DNA from: Oscillospiraceae bacterium
Lineage (GTDB): Bacteria; Bacillota; Clostridia; Oscillospirales; Ruminococcaceae
Direction of reading: 5' to 3'
NCBI GenBank assembly: GCA_045545715.1
Contig: JAZQBJ010000228.1
Span: 1 to 36,245 of the forward strand
DNA: 36,245 nucleotides
Numbering within the stretch: the first letter of the stretch is position 1; each line of letters opens with the position of its first letter. The notes below the pieces were generated by a model, which did no database searches, had not been told where the DNA came from, and was given only the letters and a program-made list of their open reading frames with translations. A program made the position numbers and the translations under genes. Shown here in pieces: positions 1 through 7,173 of the stretch.

Positions 1-391
1 TGGAAAGGATACCGCCGCGGACGGTTTCCGCCATATATGCACCGGTATTGATGGAAACAATGAGAAGTGCGGCGAAATAGATATCCATTTTGTAATCGAA
101 AATCATGATAACACCGTAATAGATGAAAACGGACTGAACTATCATCGGGGTTCCGCGGAAAAGTTCAACATAGCCTTTGAGAAGAAGGTTGACTATGGTA
201 AGGATTATTCTTTTCCAGAGAGGATCTTTTTTCTCGATCGGAACAGTCTGGACAACGCCGACTCCGAAACCGATTATGCAGCCGACTGCGGTTCCTATGA
301 ACGAAACAATAAGGGTGTTAAGCGCGCCATCGAGAAAAGCGGAACCGTATCCGCTCCAGACCTTGATAACGCCATCAATAAATTCTGCAAA
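1..391 (-). CDS. polar amino-acid ABC transporter permease (HisM/GlnP family); 3' part runs off the window and the start codon is unresolved
   Basis: The minus-frame translation reads FAEFIDGVIKVWSGYGSAFLDGALNTLIVSFIGTAVG...VELFRGTPMIVQSVFIYYG...SINTGAYMAETVRGGILS. This is the typical permease signature. The gene lies directly downstream of the binding-protein gene. There is no canonical in-frame start after the upstream TAA TAA, and the SD-spaced TTG (388-390) is out of frame. Confidence 0.75.
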
Positions 392-421
392 GGTTATTCT
401 CCTTTTTTATTACATTATAAA

Positions 422-445
422 CCGCCCGGGGGTTGTTCCGGGCGG
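422..445 (-). terminator. intercistronic GC-rich stem-loop between the binding-protein and permease genes (partial terminator or mRNA stabiliser)
   Basis: CCGCCCGG (422-429) pairs with CCGGGCGG (438-445), giving a perfect 8-bp stem immediately after the binding-protein stop codon. The T-tract on the minus strand is only weak. Confidence 0.5.
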
Positions 446-467
446 CATTTTTAATAAATTTCGATGA

Positions 468-1298
468 TTATTCGCTGAGAGGCTGAACAGCGATTGCTTC
501 CTGCATCATTGCTTCATAATCTTCAACAGTCATGGTGGCAAGAACGCCGTTAACTGCTTCGAGAAGCTCGGTGTTGCCTTTCTTCATGGAGATTCCGAGG
601 TTGATTTCTTCTTCGGAAACTTCAAATTCGCCTTCGGTGCCGGTGAAATCGAGAAGGACCATATCGGAATAAACAGCGGTTGCTGCCATTGCGGTGGGCA
701 TATCGGTTACAACGAGGTCAACTGCGCCGGAATCAAGAGCAACGAGCATTGCGGGTGCGGTTTCCTGTGCGTTCTGGATATCAGCATCCGGAATCTGCGG
801 GAGGCAGATATCATACCAGATGGTTCCGAGCTGGGAAGTGCAGACAGCGCCTGCAAGGTCTGCTACAGAGGTTGCGGAAGCATAAGCGGAATCTGCTTTG
901 GTAAGGGTTACGATGGAAGCATAGAAATAAGGATCGGAGAAATCCACTACTTCAAGTCTTTCTGCGGTGATGGACTGACCAGCGATTACGAGGTCAACGT
1001 CGCCGGAATCAACTGCGGGAACAAGTGCGTCCCAGTCGAGTTTTACGATTTCAAGTTCTTTGCCCATGGATTCGGCAATAAGTTTTGCCATCATTACGTC
1101 ATAGCCGTAAGCGTAGCTGTTGGTTCCTGCGATCGGAACAGCGCCGTTGGAATCATCGTTCTGAGTCCAGTTATAAGGTGCGTAAGCACATTCCATTGCA
1201 ACGCGGAGAACGTTGTCATTTTCGGGTTCGCTGCCGCAGGCTGCAAGGCCCAGGCACATTACCATTGCGAGTACGAGTGCGATAATCTTTCTTGTCAT
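468..1298 (-). CDS. amino-acid ABC transporter substrate-binding lipoprotein (probably lysine or basic amino acids, given the L-box leader)
   Basis: The ORF track entry is 468..1388. The true start is probably the internal ATG at 1296-1298, giving MTRKIIALVLAMVMCLGLAACGS with lipobox LAAC, preceded by GGAAAGAAGGAAAC. The upstream 30 codons overlap the riboswitch terminator. The body resembles family-3 solute-binding proteins (DLVIAGQSITAERLEVVDFSDPY). Confidence 0.85.
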   Translation of the reverse strand: MTRKIIALVLAMVMCLGLAACGSEPENDNVLRVAMECAYAPYNWTQNDDSNGAVPIAGTNSYAYGYDVMMAKLIAESMGKELEIVKLDWDALVPAVDSGDVDLVIAGQSITAERLEVVDFSDPYFYASIVTLTKADSAYASATSVADLAGAVCTSQLGTIWYDICLPQIPDADIQNAQETAPAMLVALDSGAVDLVVTDMPTAMAATAVYSDMVLLDFTGTEGEFEVSEEEINLGISMKKGNTELLEAVNGVLATMTVEDYEAMMQEAIAVQPLSE

Positions 1299-1351
1299 TT
1301 TTGTTTCCTTCTTTCCTAAGAATTCATTTTTTTGCGGCTTTTTTTGAAAAA

Positions 1352-1390
1352 TAAAAAAAGCCATGAATACTTTCGGATGAAGATTCATGG
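1352..1390 (-). terminator. rho-independent terminator acting as the expression platform of the lysine riboswitch
   Basis: The minus strand reads CCATGAAT-cttcatccgaaagt-ATTCATGG followed by CTTTTTTTA. It lies between the L-box aptamer and the SD of the binding-protein gene. Confidence 0.8.
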
Positions 1391-1444
1391 TACATTCTTA
1401 CACAAAATGCTTTGCGGAATATTCTTTATCAATAAACCGCTAAC

Positions 1445-1618
1445 CAATGATAGCTCTCCACCGAAGTGACAGTCCAAAGGATATTTTCCCTTGGCCCAGC
1501 AAACGGAAAACAAGGCCTTTTTCCGAAAGCTTCGGCGAAAGTTCCTTTCTCACAAAACCGGGAGCCTTCCCTTAATCTGCTTTGCGTTACTGATAGCTTT
1601 CGCGCCTCTACCATTGTT
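1445..1618 (-). promoter_or_regulatory. lysine riboswitch (L-box) aptamer
   Basis: The minus strand reads GGTAGAGGCGCGAAAGCTATCAGTAACGC...AAGGGAAGG...TTCGCCGAAGC...GCTGGGCC...TTGGACTGTCACTTCGGTGGAGAGCTATC. The conserved L-box blocks AGAGGCGC, AGTA, GCCGAAG, CTGG, GGACTGTCA and TGGAGAGCTATC appear in the canonical order. Confidence 0.85.
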
Positions 1619-1813
1619 TATGGCAAAGCCAAAAACAATATGTATTTTGTTTTCACATAGTTTTTAAAAACTATGTGACACAGTATAGCAGACTAAAGCG
1701 CTAAAGTCAACACCTTTTTCTGAAAATTTTATTCTTTATTTTATAATTGAAAAAAACATTGGTGCATGTTATTATAAAATGTAATCCATTTATTTTAAAG
1801 GGAGGATTTTTTG

Positions 1814-3010
1814 ATGAAAAGACCCGAACTTCTTGCTCCCGCCGGGGATATGGAATGTCTTGAAACAGCGGTGCATTTCGGCGCGGATGCTGTTTATATC
1901 GGCGGACCCCTTCTTCAGCTTCGCGCAGACAACGTCGGTTTTGACCGCGAAGGCATTGCCGAAGCTGTAAAATATGCCCATGAGCACGGCGTTAAGCTTT
2001 ACGTTACCGTAAACTGCTTTGCAAAAAACGAAGAAATCGATGCCGCGGAAGATTATGCAAAATTTCTCTATTCCGTCGGGGTCGATGCGGTAATCGTTTC
2101 CGATATCGGACTTATTGCCGCCATCCATAAAGCAGAACCAAGACTTGAGATCCATGTTTCCACCCAGGCAAACTGCCAGAACTTCAGCAGCGCAAGGGTT
2201 TATTGGGAAATGGGCGCAAAGCGCGTTGTTCTCGGCCGCGAAATGACCCTTGATGAAATAATCGAATTCCGCAAAAGAATTCCGGAGGAAATGGAAATCG
2301 AAGCATTTGTCCACGGCGCAATGTGCATGGCATATTCCGGCCGCTGCATGATATCCTCCTATCTTGTTAACCGAAGCGGAAACCGCGGAGGCTGCGCACA
2401 GCCCTGCCGCTGGAGCTACCACCTTGTTGAAATGAAACGCCCGGGCGAATTCTTTCCGGTGGTCGAGGACGAAAAAGGCACCGCGATACTCAGTTCCCAC
2501 GACATGTGCGCAGTAGGTTTCCTCGATAAACTCGAGGCTGCCGGGATCTGTTCCTATAAAATCGAAGGACGCATGAAAACTCCTTTTTATGTCGCAACGG
2601 CGGTCAACGCTTATCGCCACGCAATTGACGGTGACGTTCCCATGGAAGTTATCGAGCGCGAACTCGACAGCATAAGCCACCGTCCCTATTCCAGCGCCTT
2701 CTATTTCGGAGAAATGAAGATGAGCCACGGAAATTCCGGCGCATATATCCAGAAATGCACCTTTGTGGGAAAAGTTCTTGATTATTCGGACGGAACGGTT
2801 ACCATTGAACAGCGCAACAACTTCAAACCCGGGGACGAGCTTGAAGTTATTGCACCGGAAAGCATCGGCGAAAAATTCACCGTCACAAAGATTTTTGACG
2901 AGGAAGGAAACGAAAGAGAGGACGCAAGACTTATCAAACAGATACTCCGTCTTCCCTGCCCGATAAAACTTCAAAAAGGCGACCTTTTAAGAAAGAGGAT
3001 CGAAGAATAA
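1814..3010 (+). CDS. peptidase U32 family protein (possibly an RlhA/TrhP-type RNA hydroxylation factor)
   Basis: The N-terminus MKRPELLAPAGDMECLETAVHFGADAVYIGG is typical of the U32 family. GGAGG lies 8 nt upstream of ATG 1814; the track ORF begins at TTG 1811. The stop codon is 1 nt before the tgt ATG. Confidence 0.85.
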   Translation: MKRPELLAPAGDMECLETAVHFGADAVYIGGPLLQLRADNVGFDREGIAEAVKYAHEHGVKLYVTVNCFAKNEEIDAAEDYAKFLYSVGVDAVIVSDIGLIAAIHKAEPRLEIHVSTQANCQNFSSARVYWEMGAKRVVLGREMTLDEIIEFRKRIPEEMEIEAFVHGAMCMAYSGRCMISSYLVNRSGNRGGCAQPCRWSYHLVEMKRPGEFFPVVEDEKGTAILSSHDMCAVGFLDKLEAAGICSYKIEGRMKTPFYVATAVNAYRHAIDGDVPMEVIERELDSISHRPYSSAFYFGEMKMSHGNSGAYIQKCTFVGKVLDYSDGTVTIEQRNNFKPGDELEVIAPESIGEKFTVTKIFDEEGNEREDARLIKQILRLPCPIKLQKGDLLRKRIEE

Positions 3011-3011
3011 T

Positions 3012-4145
3012 ATGTACGAAATCATCACCACCTGCGGAAAAGCCCGCAGAGCAAGGCTCGAAACTCCCCACGGCGTTATTGAAACCCCTGTTTTTATGAA
3101 CGTGGGAACCGCTGCCGCAATCCGCGGCGGAGCTTCCACCGATGACCTTCGGGAAATCGGCACCCTTGTTGAACTTTCAAACACCTATCATCTCCATATG
3201 CAGCCCGGAGAAGATCTTATCGCAAGGTTCGGGGGACTTCATAAGTTTATGAACTGGGACAAACCCATTCTCACGGATTCCGGCGGTTTTCAGGTTTTTT
3301 CGCTCCATAATCTCCGCCGCATAAAGGAAGAGGGGGCATATTTCACTTCCTATATCGACGGCCGAAAAATTTTCATGGGCCCGGAAGAATCCATGCAGAT
3401 CCAGTCCAAACTCGGAAGCGACATTGCCATGGCTTTTGACGAATGCATCGAAAACCCCGCTCCCCGGGATTACGTCGAAAAATCCGTTGCAAGAACCACC
3501 CGCTGGCTCCGCCGCTGTATCGATGAGCACCGCAGACTTTCTCTTGAGCAGGAAACCATAAACCCCGGCCAGCTTCTTTTCGGAATAAACCAGGGCGGAA
3601 CTTATGACGATATCCGAATCGAGCATATGAAAGAGATAGCAAAAATCGAGGGACTTGACGGTTATGCCATCGGCGGACTTTCCGTCGGCGAAAGCGCCGA
3701 GGAAATGTACCGCATAATCGATGCTGTTGAACCTTTTATGCCGAAAGATAAACCAAGATACCTTATGGGCGTAGGAACTCCTCTCAACATTCTTGAAGGA
3801 GTTCACCGGGGAATCGACTTTTTCGACTGTGTTCTTCCTTTAAGAAACGCCCAGCACGGCAACGTTTTCACCTGGAACGGAAAAGTCAGAATCCTTGCGG
3901 AAAAATTCAAATATGACGGCACGCCCATTGATGAAAACTGTGGCTGTCCCGCCTGCCGCAGTTACAGCAAAGGTTATATCCGCCACCTTTTAAAAGCGGA
4001 CGAACGCCTTGGAATGCGCCTTTGCGTTCTCCACAACCTTTGGTTCTATAACGAAATGATGGCGAAAATCCGCGAAGAAATCGAAAACGGAACTTTTGAG
4101 GAATTTTATCAGAAATACAGAGAAATTCTGGATAAACAGGTTTAA
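3012..4145 (+). CDS. tgt: queuine tRNA-ribosyltransferase (tRNA-guanine transglycosylase)
   Basis: 377 aa. Contains ...ETPVFMNVGTAAAIRGG..., ILTDSGGFQVFSL and the zinc motif CGCPACRSYSKGYIRHL. Confidence 0.95.
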   Translation: MYEIITTCGKARRARLETPHGVIETPVFMNVGTAAAIRGGASTDDLREIGTLVELSNTYHLHMQPGEDLIARFGGLHKFMNWDKPILTDSGGFQVFSLHNLRRIKEEGAYFTSYIDGRKIFMGPEESMQIQSKLGSDIAMAFDECIENPAPRDYVEKSVARTTRWLRRCIDEHRRLSLEQETINPGQLLFGINQGGTYDDIRIEHMKEIAKIEGLDGYAIGGLSVGESAEEMYRIIDAVEPFMPKDKPRYLMGVGTPLNILEGVHRGIDFFDCVLPLRNAQHGNVFTWNGKVRILAEKFKYDGTPIDENCGCPACRSYSKGYIRHLLKADERLGMRLCVLHNLWFYNEMMAKIREEIENGTFEEFYQKYREILDKQV

Positions 4146-4176
4146 AAAAATGCTCCCGAAAAGGGAGCATTTTTTG
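4144..4176 (+). terminator. rho-independent terminator after tgt
   Basis: TGCTCCC-gaaaa-GGGAGCA followed by TTTTT. Confidence 0.85.
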
Positions 4177-4205
4177 TGTTGACGGATATTATCAGGTGGC
4201 CCTTT

Positions 4206-4331
4206 CCTCCCTTGGTCGGAACAAAGCCTGTGAAGCGCGTCCTGCGGACGATTCAGCGAACAGGGTTTGGCGCTGCGGTCAAAATATTCAAGGCGTTACG
4301 CCGCAGAATATTTTGGGCACCGCAAGAATGG
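4206..4331 (+). repeat. solo copy of a ~125-130 nt structured repeat; the second copy is at 32717-32845
   Basis: Aligns with 32717-32845. The 3' ~75 nt are near-identical (GGTTTGGCGC.GCGGTCAAAATATTCAAG..GTTA.GCCGCAGAATATTTTGGGCACCGCAAGA). There is a 10-bp perfect stem, CAAAATATTC (4280-4289) with GAATATTTTG (4306-4315), and a small hairpin with a compensatory change relative to the other copy. Confidence 0.8.
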
Positions 4332-4349
4332 TATGCTCCTGATGTCAAA

Positions 4350-4574
4350 TCAAGCCCCGCGTTCCTCTCTCGGCCGGAAGAGAAGAGTAATTCCCCAGGC
4401 GGCGCCGATTCCCACAAGGGTATAGACAATTCGGCTGAGGATCATTTCGGAACCGCCGAAAAGCCAGGCAACAAGGTCAAAATCCAAAAGACCGACAAGT
4501 CCCCAGTTAAGACCGCCGATTATGATAAGCGCAAGGGCAATTCTGTCGACCCATGTAATGGCGCTCATATTCAT
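4350..4574 (-). CDS. DUF378 family small membrane protein
   Basis: 74 aa. VDRIALALIIIGGLNWGLVGLLDFDLVAWLFGG is the DUF378 (YuzA-like) signature. Two TM segments. Confidence 0.8.
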   Translation of the reverse strand: MNMSAITWVDRIALALIIIGGLNWGLVGLLDFDLVAWLFGGSEMILSRIVYTLVGIGAAWGITLLFRPREERGA

Positions 4575-4710
4575 AAAAACATCTCCTTTTTCTTTTTGAA
4601 CCTATTTTTCCCCGATTTTTTGAAAAATATTCCGAAAAGGATTTTACTTTATAAGTGTTTATATGTTATGATATTATAAATACGGAAATTTTTCACCCTT
4701 TCCGAAAAAA

Positions 4711-6057
4711 ATGAAAAGGATGTTAACTGAAAATATGTTCAAAAAAATCGTTTCTATTCTTCTTTGCATAATAACGGTGCTTTCAGTCTGTGTTCCGGCT
4801 TTTGCCGCCGTTCCGTCTTCCGAAATAATTTCCGAAACCTGGTGCGTAATGGACGCAAAAACCGGCCAGATCCTTATCGGCGGAAACGAAAATAAAAAAA
4901 TGGAACCTGCTTCCATAACAAAAATACTTACCTGTGCAATGGCGCTTGAACGCCTTGACCCGAAGGCCGAATATACTTTTTCAAAAGAAGCTGCAAGCTA
5001 TGACAAAGCCAGCACTCACCTTGCTTTTACCGAAGGTGAAACCTGCACCGTTGAGGATCTTCTTTACGGCGCAATGGTCGAATCCGCAAACGACTGCGCA
5101 ATGGCCCTTGCGGAAGCTTCCGCCGGAAGCCAGCTTGCTTTTGTCCGCCTTATGAATGAAAAACTTGCGGAACTTGGCTGCAGCGGTTCCCATTTTTCCA
5201 ACGCCACCGGAATGCCGGAAATGAATCATTACACAACCGCAAGGGATATGGCTGTCATCACCAAATACGCCCTTTCCGTTCCCGGATTCATGACCTATTT
5301 TTCCGCTTGGGAATGGACTATTCCCGCGACCAACAAAAACAGCGAACGCACCTTCGGAACTCACCACAGCATGATAGTCGGAAGCCAGTATAACGCAACT
5401 TTCGGTTACGATTACGCCACCGGCGGAAAGCTCGGCTGGACCGAAGAAGCCATGCACACCGCCGTTACCACCGCAAAAAACGACGAAATGGAACTTATCT
5501 GCGTTGTTATGAAAAGCAAACACAAAAACGCAAAATATAAGGATTCCACTCTTCTTCTGGATTATTGCTTCAACAACTTCAAAAGCGTTGAGATTCCGGT
5601 AACGGTCAAAAAATCCAAGCTCGACGTTTATGACGGCGACGCTTTTTACGGTGAAATGACAGTTTATCCCATGGCGGCTATAAACATTCTCCTCACCGCC
5701 GATATGAGTTCTTCCGATATCACCGCAAAGGCGAACATTCCCGAATCCTGCCAGCTTTCGGAAGTGAGCAGCGTTGCGCTTGAAATTTCCTTTGATAAAA
5801 CAAGCGAAAACATGTCCACGTCCTCTTTTACCCTTTCTCCGGAATATCATATTGTAAAAGAATCCTCCGTTATTTCTTCCGATGCGGAATTTGAAAACGA
5901 AGGAAAAACTTTCCGCTGGTGGATATTCATTCTTATCCCCGTTTGTGTTCTCGGCGCTTTTGTTATTATCATTCTTCTTATCCGCGCATATAATATTAGA
6001 AAATATACCCGCCTTCGCAAGCACAGACATTACAGAAGGCTCGGCCACGATAAATAA
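4711..6057 (+). CDS. D-alanyl-D-alanine carboxypeptidase (PBP5-like serine peptidase S11) with signal peptide and C-terminal TM anchor
   Basis: SxxK motif in EPASITKILT and SxN motif in VESANDCA. N-terminal signal sequence, and a C-terminal hydrophobic segment followed by a basic tail. Confidence 0.85.
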   Translation: MKRMLTENMFKKIVSILLCIITVLSVCVPAFAAVPSSEIISETWCVMDAKTGQILIGGNENKKMEPASITKILTCAMALERLDPKAEYTFSKEAASYDKASTHLAFTEGETCTVEDLLYGAMVESANDCAMALAEASAGSQLAFVRLMNEKLAELGCSGSHFSNATGMPEMNHYTTARDMAVITKYALSVPGFMTYFSAWEWTIPATNKNSERTFGTHHSMIVGSQYNATFGYDYATGGKLGWTEEAMHTAVTTAKNDEMELICVVMKSKHKNAKYKDSTLLLDYCFNNFKSVEIPVTVKKSKLDVYDGDAFYGEMTVYPMAAINILLTADMSSSDITAKANIPESCQLSEVSSVALEISFDKTSENMSTSSFTLSPEYHIVKESSVISSDAEFENEGKTFRWWIFILIPVCVLGAFVIIILLIRAYNIRKYTRLRKHRHYRRLGHDK

Positions 6058-6073
6058 AGTATTAAAAAACATC

Positions 6074-6102
6074 TTGCAATCCGTTTTTTATTATGATATA
6101 TT
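6074..6102 (+). promoter_or_regulatory. sigma-A type promoter of the T-box/cysE operon
   Basis: TTGCAA (6074-6079), 17-nt spacer, TATATT (6097-6102), about 20 nt upstream of T-box stem I. Confidence 0.5.
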
Positions 6103-6120
6103 AAATTCAATATTATAAAT

Positions 6121-6397
6121 GCAATGACCGGGAGAAGTAACCGAAACCTTCAGACAACAGAGATGTGAACATAAAGCTGAAAGTTCACTTGCCTGAGCAC
6201 GGCGAAATGCACCCGATGAGCACGGAACGGGAACGCCGCTTTTTATGAGCACGGCAAGTATCGTTTTGCGGCGGCGCCACCGTTAAGCGGCGCGGGATTG
6301 ACTGATCCGACGAGTTATAAACCGGAGTGGAACCGCGATAAATTTGTTTTTATTACCGCCTCCGTCACAAAGAAATTTGTGGCGGAGGTTTTTTTAT
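6121..6397 (+). promoter_or_regulatory. T-box leader with a cysteine (UGC) specifier
   Basis: Stem I elements are GGGAGAAGTA, CAGAGA...GCTGAAAG. The specifier loop is GAAA-TGC-A (TGC at 6208-6210). The T-box sequence AAACCGGAGTGGAACCGCG is at 6319-6337. A terminator at 6356-6389 is followed by a T-run. The downstream genes are cysE and cysS. Confidence 0.9.
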
Positions 6398-6418
6398 TTT
6401 ATCCCCGGCAATTTTGAT

Positions 6419-6468
6419 TGTAGGGGCGGCTATTAGCCGCCCGCGGACGCATAATATGCGCTCCTACA
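6419..6468. repeat. REP/REPIN-like doublet of GTAG-headed hairpins
   Basis: TGTAGGGGCGGCTATTAGCCGCC...GACGCATAATATGCGCTCCTACA. The two inverted units are GTAGGGGCGG.. and GTAGGAGCGC.., both related to 29108-29129. Confidence 0.65.
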
Positions 6469-6489
6469 GTATGGAAAGGAGATAATTTT

Positions 6490-7173
6490 ATGTTTTCCGG
6501 CCTTAAAAAAGATATATATGCAGTCCGTGACCGCGACCCGGCGGCACCTTCCGCATTCAAAGTTTTTCTGCTGTATTCCGGCCTTCATGCAATAATGTGG
6601 CACCGGCCGGCCTATTGGCTCTGGCACCACGGTTTCAAATTCACCGCCCGTGCCCTTTCGCAGATAGTTCGTTTCTGCACCGGTGTTGAAATCCACCCGG
6701 CGGCAAAAATCGGCCGCGGAGTTCTTATCGACCACGGTTCCGGCGTTGTGATAGGCGAAACCGCCGAAGTCGGCGACAACTGCACAATTTATCAGGGCGT
6801 CACCCTTGGCGGTACCGGAAAAGAAACCGGAAAGCGCCACCCGACCCTTATGAACAACGTCATTGTCGGCGCCGGCGCAAAAGTTCTCGGCCCTTTCACA
6901 GTCGGCGAAGGCGCAAAAATCGCCGCGAACGCCGTTGTCCTGAACGCTATTCCGGAATATTCGACCGCCGTGGGCGTTCCCGCAAGGGTTGTCCGCCAGC
7001 ACGGGAAAAAGGTTGTTCCCGCGGAAAAACTTGACCAGGTCCACATTCCCGACCCTGTTTCCCAGGAAATCTGCAAGCTCTATATGGAAATCGACCGCCT
7101 TAAAGCGGAACTTGCGGAAATAAAAAGCCTTCCCAGAGGGGAAGGTGGCATTTCCGAAGGAAATGACGGATGA
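6490..7173 (+). CDS. cysE: serine O-acetyltransferase
   Basis: 227 aa. Contains RDPAAPSAFKVFLLYSGLHAIMWHR, hexapeptide repeats and GVLIDHGSGVVIGETAEVGDNCTIYQGVTLGGTG. The last 15 codons and the stop codon lie inside the left arm of the DUF559 cassette. Confidence 0.95.
   Translation: MFSGLKKDIYAVRDRDPAAPSAFKVFLLYSGLHAIMWHRPAYWLWHHGFKFTARALSQIVRFCTGVEIHPAAKIGRGVLIDHGSGVVIGETAEVGDNCTIYQGVTLGGTGKETGKRHPTLMNNVIVGAGAKVLGPFTVGEGAKIAANAVVLNAIPEYSTAVGVPARVVRQHGKKVVPAEKLDQVHIPDPVSQEICKLYMEIDRLKAELAEIKSLPRGEGGISEGNDG

Noticed and set aside
1299-1388. N-terminal 30-codon extension of the binding-protein ORF (MNLHPKVFMAFFIFQKK...)
   Set aside because: The extension is the riboswitch terminator hairpin and T-run. 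The internal ATG has an SD and begins a canonical lipoprotein signal peptide.
1790-2974. 394-aa ORF on the minus strand
   Set aside because: It is exactly antisense to the well-supported U32 gene. The translation is low in complexity (F/K/G/A/C-rich), there is no SD, and it is explained by avoidance of TTA, CTA and TCA codons in the sense gene.
4176-4679. 167-aa plus-strand ORF
   Set aside because: It runs through the structured repeat (4206-4331) and is antisense to the DUF378 gene. It has no SD and an odd composition.
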